Below the pieces are notes generated by a model. That model worked only from the letters and a program-made list of their open reading frames with translations, was not told the origin of the DNA and searched no databases. DNA of 64,000 bases from Cycas panzhihuaensis (Eukaryota; Plantae; Cycadophyta), in NCBI GenBank assembly GCA_023213395.1, contig CM041465.1, positions 156,123,741-156,187,740 on the forward strand. The letters run 5' to 3'. This document shows positions 1 through 13,695 of this stretch, piece after piece. Position numbers and translations under genes: made by a program. How positions within the stretch are numbered: the stretch's first letter is position 1; each line of letters begins with the position of its first letter.

Positions 1-798
1 TAAGCGAGTCACTGACTGTTCTCCCCTCACAAATGGCCACAAATGCCCTTAAATGAACTCAAAAGTCTAAAAAACAACCCTTAAGGTCACTTAGAAATGT
101 GCTCCAAGAACTGAGGATGGCTCCATAGGGTAGTAATGGACGATCTCCAAGTCAAAATCACAAAAAAGGGTCCTTGATCTGCACTCAAAATGGGCCAAGA
201 ATGCTCCAAATATATACAAAGTACCTCACACTATGGGAAATATGTCAAGTATCAATGGTCTAAGGACCTTTTATATTATTAAAATTACAAAGGGAATATG
301 CCAAAAGGCATATTTCAAGTTGTGTGACTTTTTATAAAGGTCCTGTGCCCCTTCACTTAACACACATGTCAAATACTAATAAAAACATGTGCCAAGTATA
401 TTTGAGGATAACCTAAGGTCTCAACCATAGAGAATTTATGCCTTTTGATATCCCAAAAACTCCCGCAATTCACTTTACAATGTACAGCAGCCGCATGAAG
501 TGCGCAGGTCTATTCGTAGTGCGTAGGTCCGTCCGACTTCGATCGGACTTATACACTACTCCCGACTGGTAAGAACCTTCCAAATACAGTCCAACCATGT
601 AGCAAATAGCCTAGACACCAAAGGAAGAGGCCCAACCACTTTAAAATGCATCCAACCAACACTACTAAGTGCTCAGCCACCACAAAAAAAGCCTAGCCAA
701 TACAAATAGCGCCCAACCACCACAAAAAAGCACCCAGCCAACTCTTAACACACAGATGCGGCTCGAATCATGCATATGACTGAGATATGGGGGTCACA
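1..798 (-). mobile_element. Probable gypsy-type LTR fragment running off the window start
   Basis: Ends at GGGGGTCACA (minus strand TGTGACCCCC, an LTR-like TG terminus); non-coding; abuts the 5' region of copia A. Confidence 0.4.
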
Positions 799-1709
799 CT
801 CTCAAATAAAGGCACTACGATTCAAAATTCAACAATTCACACTTTGTTTTGCTATATACTCAGTCTAGTCTTAGTATAGAGGGCAGAAAATATTCCAAAT
901 AGGCTCCCATCTCTCCCTTATATAGACAAGATGTATGTAACACCAGAAAAAGCTTGCCCTTCTTGAATTTTATAGTGCTTTAGATGAGTAAATAACTTAC
1001 TTGTATACATGGATGGATATCCTTACTGTCACCGAATCACCATTAGTACGTGCTTGCTGGCTTGAATCACCCCTACAAATCATTAACTCACTTCGGATGG
1101 CCCCCAACTCAAACCACAAACGTGGCCTTCACACCTGATTATTGACTCCAATAGACCCTTATGCTTTGTTGAATAGCAATTTTCACTGCTTTAACCACCA
1201 CTGATCTGCTATGCCTACTTCTGCACATTGCTAGAGATGATGGACCCTCAGGACAAGTCCTGGGTTTGACGGCTTCACCCGGCAACCGACGATCTCACTG
1301 CTCCACTCAACATCAGGCTCCAACTATGTAGGACCCTATAGCCCTGATACCATGTTCGAGAACATGAAATCATACAGGTATGTTTCCATCCGCAAAATCT
1401 TTAACCATACACAAGACGCAAACAAAAATACACATAGAATATAGATGCACAATACATAGGATTTACGTGGGGAAACCCTTTCAGAAAAAAAAACCCACCA
1501 CAAAAGATCCTTTTGGATCATATTTATTATTCCATAATGATTTTAATACATTGAATACACAAGGGCTCAAGGCTTTTATACTCTTCCAAGAGGTGTTACC
1601 CAATTAGGATTGTAACCCTCCAAATATCTCGCACCTTTTCACTAAATCACCTTAGTTAAACCAAATTAATATTAACTTAGTGGCTTAACAAATAACTGCC
1701 ATGTTAACA
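799..1709 (-). mobile_element. Copia A: 5' LTR (1353-1709), tRNA-iMet PBS (1341-1352) and decayed 5' internal region
   Basis: LTR has TGTT...AACA termini, is 357 bp and is clearly homologous to the LTR at 60963-61318; adjacent GCCCTGATACCA is the reverse complement of TGGTATCAGGGC; interrupts copia B in its pre-integrase region. Confidence 0.8.
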
Positions 1710-3180
1710 GGGAGACCATTGACTAACCCTTCCTTCTTCATTGACTTTAATTTTTCTATGGGGAGGTGTCCATACTTGAAGTGCCACAGTTTATCATTCT
1801 CATTAAGATTTACAGTTGTACAAGCTTTTATAGCAGAGAGTACGGGATAGGAAAGAAACCTATATAGGTCATTGCTTTTTACTCCCTTTGTGATTACATT
1901 GCCATTATCCTTCATGTCTAGGATGTAACTGAATCCTTTTTCATTAAAAACTATCCTTAGCTTTTTCTTGCTAAGTTGAGAGATAGAAAGGAATTTCATT
2001 TTGAGGCCAGGGATTAAAAGTACATTTCTAATCTTTTTGATGTTGCCTTGCACCTTGATAGCTCTTGTTCCTACTCCCTTTATATTAAGGGGGTATTTGT
2101 CTCCTAATTTCACCCATCTATCTGATGTGTATGGTCATAGTGTCTCGAACCAACCTTCTCTGATAGTCATGTGTCGGGATGCTCCCGAATCAATGTACCC
2201 ATGTCTTCGTCCTAGAGTCTTGCAGTGAGTGCAACAATGAAAGCAGTCTCTTCTTCTTCATCCATGTTTGTTTGCTCCTTGCTATAACTTTTGACCAGAT
2301 GCTTCTCTTTCTAGATGTTTGCCCTCCTTTGTGGACACTAGTATGGATAGTGTCCTAGCTTTCCACAATGATACCAAAGATCAAAAACTTTACAAGGACT
2401 TGCAAAATGACCAGTCTTACCACAATTATAGCATATTCTTGGAGCTGGTGTACATCCTCGACCTCTACTATCTTGCCACCTACCTTGTGAAGGGGTACTT
2501 GCTCCTAGAGTCCATCCTCTTCCTCTACTTTGCCCTCTTGGTCCCAAGTTCAATCTGGATACGAATGCATCTTCTATTTTTGCTATATCTTCATAACATT
2601 TATTTCTTTGTTCTTGTCTCAGTAGTAAACCTGTCAAAATATCAAGTGTCATACTATTGATCTGATCATTGTTTGTTATTGTGTTGACTATCACATCAAA
2701 GGATTTTGGAAGTTTGCTGACTATTGTTTCCACAATCTCCTACTCTAAGATGTTTTCTCCAGCACTTAGCAAGTCATTTCTAACTGAGATGACCTTATGG
2801 ATGAATTCAAAAACTGTTTTAGTATCTTTCATGTATAGCGTAAATAGCTCTTCTTTTAGGGCAATGATTCTTGCCCGATTCTTTTGGCTATACATATTTT
2901 CGAACATCTTCCAAATTTCTTTTGAAGAATTTAGTTTCTCAACGTCAATGAGAAGGGGGTTGGAGACTGATAATTTTAACACTATCACTCTAGCATTGTC
3001 TCTTTCTTCCCAGTTGGTTTGTGTAGTATTGTCAACAACAGGTTTGGCCTCAGATCCAGTGGCTATACCCCAGGCATTTTTGGCCCTTAATAGGGTTTTC
3101 ACTTTAATTTTTTAGATATGATAATTGTTTTCAGTCAATTTATCTTGCTCATTTAGAGCTAGAATAGAAGAAGCCGCCAT
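1710..3180 (-). pseudogene. Copia B gag-pol N-terminal pseudogene
   Basis: In-frame stops between UBN2-type gag, zinc knuckles, protease and pre-integrase motifs. Confidence 0.85.
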
Positions 3181-4126
3181 GCAACTTTTAATGAGACAAA
3201 GAACAGACTTAAATCTAAACTGAGACTGATTGTTCATACAACTGTATGGATTTTCGTACAAAATTTAAGTATACAGATTTTGAACAATAGCTACCTCAAA
3301 CTGTAGCTCTCTTCGAGTACAATCCAAATATGCAATTGGTTTTAGCAGATTCTTTCTAAACAAAGAGAAAATCAATTTGAAATCCCTAAATGGGCAACTA
3401 GGGTTTTGCTAAAAACAGCTTGAATCTTCAAAAATTACCAATAAATCTCTCCACAAAAGCACTTAACAGATTTATGTCAAGAATACAAAGATTTTCCAAT
3501 AATTTTTACCCAAAGATAGAGTCAAAAATTTGAAAAATTCGAGTCTCTCTTCTAAAACCCACGTGCTTGAAAATGTGTCGAAATCTCCTTCGAAATGGGC
3601 TCTGATGGATTCGATGTAGAAGAGAGAAATAACAAAGATGATTAGATCTACAATCTAGGGAAGTTTGAACAAATTCTGAGCACTTTGAATTTTTTTGGTC
3701 TGTACGATCATACGGTTTCATACTATTGTTTTCGTACAGCTCCTGAAGGTGATCTCTATCTCTTTTTTTTATCTTTTTCTTTAATTGTTGCTCCTCTTGT
3801 TGATTTGATCTGAGAGTTAATGTCTTCTCCTGACTTGGCTTTCCTCAACTGGGACTTTCTCTATCAGACAAGCTCAATAACTTGCTTTGATACCATGTTA
3901 GGAAATTACACAGAGATGGAAGGAAAATGCTAGATTGATTATGGAGGAGTGAACTCCTGAATATATACAATTAGGGTTTGTAACCCCCAAGAAACTAACT
4001 ATAAATGTAACATGAAATGGTGACACTTGTATGACATGTGTCCTACATACATTTATAAGTTACATCCTTAAGGGGTCTATTACACTAATCCTTTAGACTC
4101 CTAAGATAAAACATTACATTCTAACA
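1710..4126 (-). mobile_element. Copia B, 5' half: 5' LTR 3896-4126, PBS 3884-3895, gag, protease and GAG-pre-integrase, interrupted by copia A
   Basis: TGTTAG...CTAACA LTR; GCTTTGATACCA PBS; ORFs 2740-3102, 2338-2733 (CYNCGKTGHFASPC knuckle) and 1685-2113 (LWHFKYGH); protease YIDSGASRHMT near 2165-2200. Confidence 0.9.
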
Positions 4127-4706
4127 TTAAAAACCCAAAAATTCTGTCCAAATCAATCTAAAGATGACTCTACGCTGTAGAGATTTGAGTCAAGATTCAG
4201 ACAAATCTCACGGTTTGAAAAACGAACCTCCTGTTGCAAAGATATTGCAAAAACTGTGAATGCTCCTCCTTAGGCACCAAAACAAAAATGAATCGGGCTT
4301 AATTAAGCTCCATTGATTGTTGAACCCTTGGTCACCAGTTTGCTCCATGTGACATCCTGTTGGACTTAGGAGGGGCCAGTAGACTTATATCAAAAATCCA
4401 ATATAGTTAAATTTAGTCAGAACTTTAGAAAATAATATATGAAAAATTAAACGAACATCCTGCGCAAAAATTCACGAACAGGGCGCATGGCAGCGTGTAA
4501 ACTCGATTAAATCGAGTAATAGAGTATGAGATTCGCACTCGGATCATTGTAGAAAGCTCTGCAAGGTGTGGTAAAGAAGTTATGGGCCATGCAGAGGTCA
4601 CCAAGGTCGCCCAAGCATCACATAGACGATGGAGAGAGCGATAGTCGAGTGATGGCCATGAGGAGATAGGTAGGTCCAAGAGCCAATAGAGCCACAATGA
4701 ATGCTA

Positions 4707-6230
4707 GTTGACAACAAAGAGAGGACACCCCTTTATCTATGAGTCACTATGCAGAGATTGTTCGAAGCCATGAGCAATGAGAACGTAGCACAGTGCAATG
4801 AACTAAATGGAACCATCAGCCAGACGAAACTAGAACATATAGAAACAATGGGTCGTGTTGCCCAACTCACCCAACGACAATGATGACAGGACTCCTAAGC
4901 AATATCATGAGTGGTGTGATGTAGCTATAGTCCACCAGACTAACACAAGGATCCAACAAGAGCGATACGGCTTGAACCACACACGAACAGAGGGAAGACA
5001 GTGTGTAAACGGACTATCCGTTTGGCAAACGGTCTCGAATAGGGCAAATAGGCTATCACTTTCTCCAAATGGGGTGAATGTTTTCAAACAATCACCAGCA
5101 TGAACCTCCTTTAGTGCGAATAACCTATAGCAAACATATTGCATACACATGAACAAGCTCTAATACTATGAAAAAATAAATGCAGGATCTAAAATACTCA
5201 TGTGCATGCAGGAATGAAATGATACAACAAAGCAAATACCTGTTCAACACAAATTGATTGCAAAGAACAAGAGGGCCAAATTGGTTGGCTCCTTCGATCT
5301 TCAATTCGGCAAATTTTTGTTGTTCCAAAATATCCAATTGTGCATCAAAGAGGGTTCAGGCATAATTTATAGGCTTCGATACGCCTCGGATATTAACATG
5401 ATTGGCCGACATAATGGACCAATATAATTGGTCCATTATTCAACAAGGGGTGGACCCAACAACATTATACAAAGTATTTTGATTACAATATGATACACAT
5501 TATGATACAAAAGTACATTTACAAATAAAGGGGTCATTAACGTAGGTCATGTGTCAAGACATAATCAAAGAGGGGTTGGCCATATAACCATCAACTTAAC
5601 TTTAGAAAAGACAAAGATAAAACATTACTACCCTAACACTCGTACAATCGTACGAATGAAATAAAGTGTAATTAAAGATGTGCAATGTAATCATGGTGAA
5701 ATAGCACTTTGTTATGAAAAAGAATGGTTGTGACCATAAGTCACAACCATTCTCCCAAAGTATATGTAAATGGGTATTTATTGGCATTTTTTCCACCATT
5801 TTGGTGTAAGAGCCGAGTTTTTTAGTCTTGTGATACATAATTAAGTGTGAGAGCCAAGTTATTCATTCCTATGGCATGTTCTCCAAGGTGAAAGCCAAGT
5901 TATTGTATTATATGGTTTTGTATGGAACACATACCAAATGTTCCTTTCTAGTGATGTATAGACAATGACAGCAATATTGCTTAATGAAGTAACAAGTTAC
6001 ATGGAAATATTGTGTATTTTGCACATGATGATTGTTGAGTTATATTGATATATTGATTGATGTGATGGCATGGTGATGATATATGAAGATGAGTTAATGT
6101 TATGATGTCTATATGAAGAGTGATAACATGATTGTGTTGACCAAACCCTAATTAGACTACCAGACAATGATCCCTTTGACAGGTGTACTTTTTGAAGGCG
6201 AAAGTAGAAGTCAACATTGGATCCATTGCC
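4707..6230 (+). mobile_element. Degenerate 5' LTR (ends GTCAACA at 6216) and PBS (6218-6230) of the gypsy C/F family; left boundary uncertain
   Basis: Shares the TAATG-AATA..AGTTACATGGAAA block and the GTCAACA terminus with the LTRs at 14486-15115 and 45713-46428; followed by TGGATCCATTGCC. Confidence 0.55.
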
Positions 6231-6297
6231 TACATCCATTGAGGAGGGACTGCACTAGAGTTTTGATTTATATATATGCCCAAAGACCAAGGAACCC

Positions 6298-6405
6298 TGG
6301 CTGTCATTATGATGGTAGGCCATAACTAAGCCTCCAATAGCTAGGGGACCATTGGCTGTCATTATGATGGTAGGCCATAACTAAGCCTCCAATAACTAGG
6401 GGACC
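6298..6405 (+). repeat. 55-bp tandem duplication
   Basis: TGGCTGTCATTATGATGGTAGGCCATAACTAAGCCTCCAATA(G/A)CTAGGGGACC occurs twice, period 55. Confidence 0.95.
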
Positions 6406-7059
6406 TTCCAATGCCAGAAAAATAGCCTTCGAAAGTGAGTGAGCCACCAAAAAGAACTTCATCTAAGGGAATAGCAGAATCAAATAGGAAACAAAAAATG
6501 AAAGCGAAAGAGGGTTTCAAGAAACAAAAAATGAAAGTGGGAGAGGGTTTCCAGAATTTCACCAAGGATTTTTTTTTTTTACTTTTTCTTTACTCCTTCC
6601 ATTGTTCTTGATTTCTCTTGATCTTGTTTTTGATGTCATGGATGATCTACAACTCGGCTTTGATACCACTTGGCATGTGTCTTTCCCAACCATTTACTCA
6701 CATGCAGAAATAATAATGAAAAATAGAGAGAAAATAGAGTGCCTTTATTGATATTGGAAACCAATTACACAAATAAAGTATACCAAAGAGAACCAAATGA
6801 TCACAAAAGAAAACTTAAAAGTACCCAAGTACAATTCTCTCAAAAGAAGATAATTACACAACCACCTTCTTCTACAATTTGTGACCCTTAAATAGACAAA
6901 AGAAGACATTTTGCATGTAATTGTATTAAACGACCTTTCATTTCATTGGTAGATTTAATGGCTCGCGCACAAAAGTTAATAACTAGCACTTAATTGCCTA
7001 GTGCCTTGGTCATATGTGCTAGTACCATAATTCCACTAACGACATGTTGTCATGTAACA
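6406..7059 (-). mobile_element. 5' end of an LTR element: PBS 6657-6668 and LTR about 6671-7059, truncated
   Basis: GCTTTGATACCA (reverse-complement tRNA-iMet PBS), then CT, then a TG...CA bounded AT-rich segment. Confidence 0.55.
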
Positions 7060-7936
7060 TTTATGAAGAGAGTCAAGGAGTAAAGGTTATGGAGAGTGAG
7101 CTAAAAAAGTGTAAGGGACGTACCATAGGGAGTACAATGGGTATTCCATACAGATAGGATAGAGAGACATGGAGCAAATCTAAAGCACAAGTGATAGGTG
7201 TTAAGGGTGGTGTAGGCTACTAGCAAAATTGGGGGATAATGTATGTGTGAGGCTAACGGGGAAAAGATATGAAGGATAGGGAGTATGTTGGATGACCTAT
7301 ATGGATGAGCAATTTATATAAATTCATTAAGAAGAGATATATGGGAGGTAAGAGAGATGGGAGGTAAGGATGATGTGAATCAAAATAGAGGGTAGGGAAT
7401 GACATATGTGAAGAGTTAATAGAAGGATAAGGCATGCGAGATGAGGTAAATGATAAGCACTCTACTTGGATATGTGGCCCAGATAGAGGTACATTAGGAG
7501 GCATGTGGGAGGGTGAGGTATTGTATGTATAGGGTTGAGGACATGGAGTGATGGATGATAAGGGTAATAATAATGTGGCCTATAAGACAAATTGGAAGAT
7601 AAAGATAATGGAAAGGAAGAAAATGAGGCATTAAAAGGCTATATGTTGGCTAAGCTAGAAGATAAAGGGAACAAGGGATTAATGAGAAGAAAGAAAGTGA
7701 CATGATGACAAGAAATATGTGTATCAACTATTATCTCTTGTTAAGTAGGGGATGTAGGATTCTTTAGAGCCATGTGGAGCAAAAATTCAAGAGAGACTAT
7801 AAAACTATCAAAATGAAGAGAAAAACATATAATAAGATCCAAATTCATAATAGTTACCTCATTCAAGTTCGCATGTTGACTTGATCTAAAGTTGATTCAT
7901 CTTTATATTGCTTTGAATAGATTATACCTCACTTGT

Positions 7937-8085
7937 TTCATGCATATCAACTAGTTATTCTTTAAATTACTTACAAGTGAAGTCTCCTTTGCTTGGTTCA
8001 CGCATCTCAACTAGTTCTTCTTCAAATTGCTTACGAGTGGGCTTTTTCTCGCTTGATTCATGCATGTCAACTAATTCTTCTTCAT
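7937..8085 (-). repeat. 60-bp (20-codon) degenerate tandem repeat in a decayed charged ORF (about 7850-8342)
   Basis: TTCA(T/C)GCAT.TCAACTA at 7937, 7997 and 8057; minus strand reads EEELV(D/E)M(H/R)E. Confidence 0.7.
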
Positions 8086-9048
8086 TTTTGTTTTCATTTT
8101 CATTACTCTTTTATTTGTCTTGTTTCACTTGTTTATCCTATTTTTTTCATCTTTGTGAAATATTTTCCCCATATGTGATTTTCTATATCCCCATGCTCCT
8201 CTAATTCCACCTTCTCTATGACAACACATACTGCTTCGTGTTGTTCTTTTTCTTTCCTCAAATGGTGCTTTTTGAATTTCATTAGTGAAAATTTGAGTTC
8301 TCTTCTCATTTGATCAATTTTTCCAATCATATTTTTAGTCATGTCTAATTATAGTTCCATTTTAAACCAAAATAATTGTTCCTCAAAATAGAATTTGATG
8401 AAATATTAAAAATTTGCCAGAAATTTATAGAAAATTTAAGGAAAAATAGACATTCGTCACTGAAATTACAAAAGCTCGAGGGAGAGAAGACGATGTTTAA
8501 ACACCCCTTGTATTGTTAGGGTTATTATTCACACAAATTCCTATAAGAAAACTACCCTAAGAGTGAAACGAGGAAAATTGGGAGTTGATGCAATAGTGGG
8601 TCAATGCATTTCCCTATGACACCAAATCAAATGAGACTAAATAGAGGGTGAATGTAGCATTGAGGAGGATAGTAGAATGGTTTTGTGAGAGCGTGTCAGA
8701 ACCCTACCACCATAAACCAAAGAAGAATGCAATGTAACAAATGCTTTGAATGATTAAATCAAAATCAGAGGAAGAATTAGAGGAACAAGAGATGACTCCA
8801 TCCCCACCACCACCATTAGTTTGGGGAGGGATCAGAAAGGGATCATCCTAGGCAGGGGAGGCCTCAAGAAACAAAATCCAATGCATTAGGGAGTGGTTGG
8901 ATGAACTTCAAATAGAACATGACAGTCAAGAACAAATAACTAGGACATTGGAGCAAGTCTTAGCATGAGAAACACAAAAATTAAAAATTTTACAAAGTTA
9001 AATGAAGAAATGACAAACCAATTTGAACAAACAGTGCATTGGTTATAC

Positions 9049-9689
9049 TGTTGAGAATAGAAGGTCCAACCCTCTAACAGCCACCAAGATCTATTACTTT
9101 CTTACAACTAGTTACAGAAATGAAATATACAAATTACATGCAAGTTCTTAAAACCAGAGATTATCAAGAATAAGACAATGAAAGCCAAACATCACATGTG
9201 CACCGATATAACGTGGTAAAACCCTAGCAAAGGTGCTAGGAAACATCCACAGGAAAGGTAGCGATCTTTATTGCTGCAGAATGGAGAAAATAGCACATCA
9301 CAGATACAGAGTGCTCTCTGGAACAACAATCAGCCACCGCCCTCTTCACAGTACATTGCATAACATTACAACATAATAAGAAAAGCCTTAAAACGGGCTA
9401 CATGAGAGGACATCCAAGACCTAAAATCTCAACCGTAGAATCTAGGGTATTTTCAATGTACGACCCTGATTCTCTTTTCACTTTAATAAGGTTTACATGG
9501 TCAATTTTTCGGGTCGGGGGCTATTGCCCCCGAACCCCCTCCTAGCGGGGGGCATTCCACCCCCCCGCAGCCCCTGGCCAAGGGGGGCTCCCACCCCCCT
9601 TGGAACCCCCTGAGAAAGATTAGGGGGGGAAACCACGCCGAAAACAGGCCATAATTTTAGGCCTATAATTGTTGTCACAATACCCAACA
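9049..9689 (-). repeat. 3' LTR of the Tork-like copia
   Basis: Direct repeat of 13696-14323. Confidence 0.97.
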
Positions 9690-9734
9690 ATCTCCACCTT
9701 GACAACAATTACCCGCTACCTTTCCTGGATCCTT

Positions 9735-12700
9735 CATCATCTTTTTTGCAAGCCAAGAGAAGTCAAACACCATTTGAACTTCTCTAATGGTACTGGTTTA
9801 GTGAATATATCAGCACAATTCTGATTGGTGTGAATCTTCTCAAGTGCCACTCCACCGCCCACAACTGCCTAACAAAATGGTACTTTAGAGCAATATGCTT
9901 TGTTCTACTGTGATAAGCTGGATTCTTGGCTAGGTAAATAGCACTTTGACTGTCACAAAATACCTTTACATTTTCTTGTCTCCTTCCAAGCTCAACTAAT
10001 AGACCTCAGAACTGATTGCTTCTTTACAAGCATGTGTCAGCAAAGAATATATTCACACGTGGTTGTGATTGCAATTGTGCTCGCAATTTGGACATCCAAC
10101 TAATCGACCATTTGCAAGAGTGAAAACATAACTCAAGTAGACCTTCTTTTGTCTAAATCTCCTACAAAATCAATCGACATATCCACAAACCCGATTTCAG
10201 ACTCCAAAGGTGATGCAAGAATCACTAGTGCCTCTCAAATACTGAAGCACCCATTTCACTGCAGCCCAATGCTCCTTTCCTAGTTTTGCCATAAACCTGC
10301 TAACTACACCGACTGCATGTGAAATATCAGGTCTTGTACATACCATGGCATACATTAAACTTCCCTCTTGACCGGCATAAGGCACATGGGACATATAAGC
10401 CTTTTCTTCTTCACTACTAGGACTCATATTAGATGAAAGCTTGAAGTGGGAAGCCAAAGGGATACTCATTGGTTTCACATTTGCCATCCCAAACTTGGTT
10501 AGCACCTTCTCAACATATTTCTGCTGTGATAACCATAGCTTACCACTTTTCCTGTCTTTGTGTATCTCCATGCCTAAGATTTGTTTTGCAGCTCCTAGAT
10601 CCTTCATATCAAAAGTCCTAGCCAATTGAGCCTTTAGCTTATTGATTTCTACCATGCTCTTGCTTGCAACCAGCATGTCATCAACATATAACACCAAGAT
10701 AATGAATAAGCCATTGTCCATAAATTTGAAGTAAACACAATGATCATACTCACTTCTTTTGAAATTTTGGCTCTCCATGAAGGCATCAAACTTCTTGTAC
10801 CATTGCCTGGGTGATTGCTTCAGGCCATACAATGATTTCCTGAGCTTGCAAACAAGTTTTTTCCTGCCATCTTGTACAAACCCCTTTGGTTGATCCATAT
10901 AGATCTCCTCATCTAAATCTCCATGTAGAAAAGTTGTTTTTACATCTAACTGCTCCAACTCCAAATTGAGAGAAGCTACCAATGCTAACAGCACTCAAAT
11001 TGAAACAAGTTTAACAACTGGTGAAAAGATCTCATGTAAGTCAATACACGCTACATGCAAAGCCTTTTGCCACCAGTCGTGCCCTGTATTTATCAATCTT
11101 TCCATCAACATCCATTTTCTTTTTGAAAACCCACCTGCAACCAACAGTCTTCCTGCCATGTGGAAGTTCTACCAAGTCCCATGAATGATTTTTCTTCAAG
11201 GCATCTATCTCTTCCTGCATAGCCCTTATCCACTTCTCTCCATGGATATCATCTCATCGCCTGATAACATGTGGGCTCACCATCATTAGAAACTAAAGCA
11301 ATAGAAATAGAAGGGCTGTACCTGTCAGGTGGATGACTGACTTGTGTAGATCTTCTAACTGTTGGCAGAGGAGTATCCACATACTCCTGTGAATCTGCTA
11401 CTGATTCATCTTCAGAAAGATCTTCATGCTCTTCTGATTCACGATGGTCGATTTCAAACTTAACTTGTTGATGTTCATCTTGTTGCTCTGTTTCATTTCA
11501 GGCTTCTACACTATCTCGATTTTACAAAGGGAGATTCATCAAATATGACATCTCATTAATGATGATTTTGTGGCGTGAGGGATCCCATAACTGTATCCCT
11601 TCACACCATCCTTATCACCATAACCAACAAAGATATATCTCTTGGATTTTGGGTCTAACTTTGAACGTTTACTTTTGTCAGTCCAGGCATAAGCATCACA
11701 ACCAAAAACTTTTAAATTTGAATAATCACACGGATGTCCAGTCCATACCTCTTCAGGAATCTTACAATCTATTGCAACTAATGGTGACCTGTTTACCAGA
11801 TAGCAAGCTGTTTGATCGCCCACAAGCCCCGCCTCCACTCCTGCATTACTTAGCATGCTTCTTGCTCTTTCCAGGAGTGTCCTATTCATGCGCTCAACAA
11901 TGCCATTTTGTTGTGGAGTATAGCTAGTGGTCTTGTGTCTTTCGATCCCAGCTTCTCGAATAGTTCTCAAATTCCAAGGAGTTGAGCTCACCTCCATTGT
12001 CGGTTCTTAAACATTTGATTGTCTTACCAAGATCGTTTCTCAACTAAAGCCTTGAACTGCTTAAACACACCGAAAACTTGATTTCCTTTTCAAAAATAGA
12101 CCCATACCTTCCGGAGTAATCATCTATAAATGTGACAAAATACAATGATCCTCCACAAGATATTTTAGGGATGGTCCCCATACATCCGAATGTATGTAAT
12201 CCGAACGCCTTTACTAGTGTGACTCCTACTTTAAACTGAGTCTACACTGCTTTCCAAAACACAATGTTTATAGAAAGCCAAATCCGAAAGTCGCAAGTTA
12301 GGAAGTAACTTACGGTTTATCAACACCTTAAGTCCTTTCTCACTCATGTGCCCAAGTCTTTGATGCCATAGCCGAAAGGTGATCTTCTGCAGCCTTTGTG
12401 TTGTAGCTACTTGGCTGACATCTGTGCTTCCCACTAAAATATAAAGATTTCCTCTCTTTAAGGCTTTCATAACAACCAAGGCGCCCTTTGACACCTTTAG
12501 GACTCCTTCATGACCTGTATGCTTAAAACCACTCGAATCTAATTCACCCAAGGAAATCAGGTTCCTTTTCAAATCAGGTACATGTCTAACCTCAGTTAAT
12601 GTTCTGACTACCCCATCGAACATCTTAATTCTGACGCTACCAATGCCCACTGTCTTACAAGAAACTTCGTTTCCCATAAGCACATCACCACCATCAAGAG

Positions 12701-13623
12701 GTTGGTATGATGAGAACCAACTCCTGTGTGGACACGTGGTGCGAAGCACCTGAATCTAATAACCAGTCATGGTGATAAGGAGAAACATTACAAGCAACCA
12801 AGACATCATCATCCATACCTTCATTCGACTCCACCTGATTTGCTTCCTTGGCAGGATCTTCCTTTTTCTAGAACTCCTTCCTTTTGTAACAATCCTTCTT
12901 GAGGTGACCGGTCTTATTACAATGCCAACACCTGAGCTTACTCTTTTTGCTCTTTGACTTGGATCTTGATGTATCCCTAGAGTTTTGTACTCTCTCAAAC
13001 GTTCTACCCCTTACTGTCATGGCTTCTGGTGTGGAGCTTTCAAGACTAGACTTCCTCCGCACTTCTTCCATTAACAAAGCACTCACAATAGAGTCATATT
13101 CCAATTCATCTGCAGTGCTAAAACTGATTGAGGTGACAATATTATCCCAGGATTCAGGTAATGAGCATAACAGGGTAACTGCCTTATCTTCATCCTCAAT
13201 TTTAACATCAATACTAGTCAATTGACAAATAAGAGTATTGAAAACATTTAAATGGTCAGCAATTTTTGTACCTTCCTTCATCCATAATGAGTACAGTTGC
13301 CTCTTTAGGTAGATTCGGTTCGTTATTAATTTGGTCATATACAGGCCTTCCAACTGGGTCCATAATCCTGCTGCTGTCTGCTCCCCTGCGATGTTAAACA
13401 AAACTTCATCCGCCAAGCACAATCGTATTCTGCTAAGTGCCTTTTTGTCTAAATCATCCCATTCATCATCGTCCATTCCCACGGGTTTCTTCGATTTTCC
13501 TGCAAGGGCTTTGTACAAACCCTGTTGTACAAGAATATTGTACGCTTTTAGCTTCCACAACTCGAAGTTGTTCTTGCCATTGAATTTCTCCACCTCGAAC
13601 TTTGCACTCGCCAGTTTCGCCAT
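9735..13623 (-). pseudogene. Copia gag-pol polyprotein with several frameshifts
   Basis: KFEVEKFNGKNNFELW gag start; CWHCNKTGHLKKDC; LWHQRLGHMSEKG; PQQNGIVERMNRTL; QLDVKTTFLHG, LYGLKQSPRQW and LYVDDML RT motifs. Confidence 0.95.
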
Positions 13624-13695
13624 TTGGTGTAGAAAAGCCAACACCAAAAACCTTCACAAACTCGCTGTAAGAAAAAGAGTGGCTTTGATACCACT

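Noticed and set aside
9700-12870. Programmed frameshifting in the Tork-like pol
   Set aside because: Many scattered 1-2 nt deletions in conserved motifs without slippery sites; more likely decay or long-read consensus error
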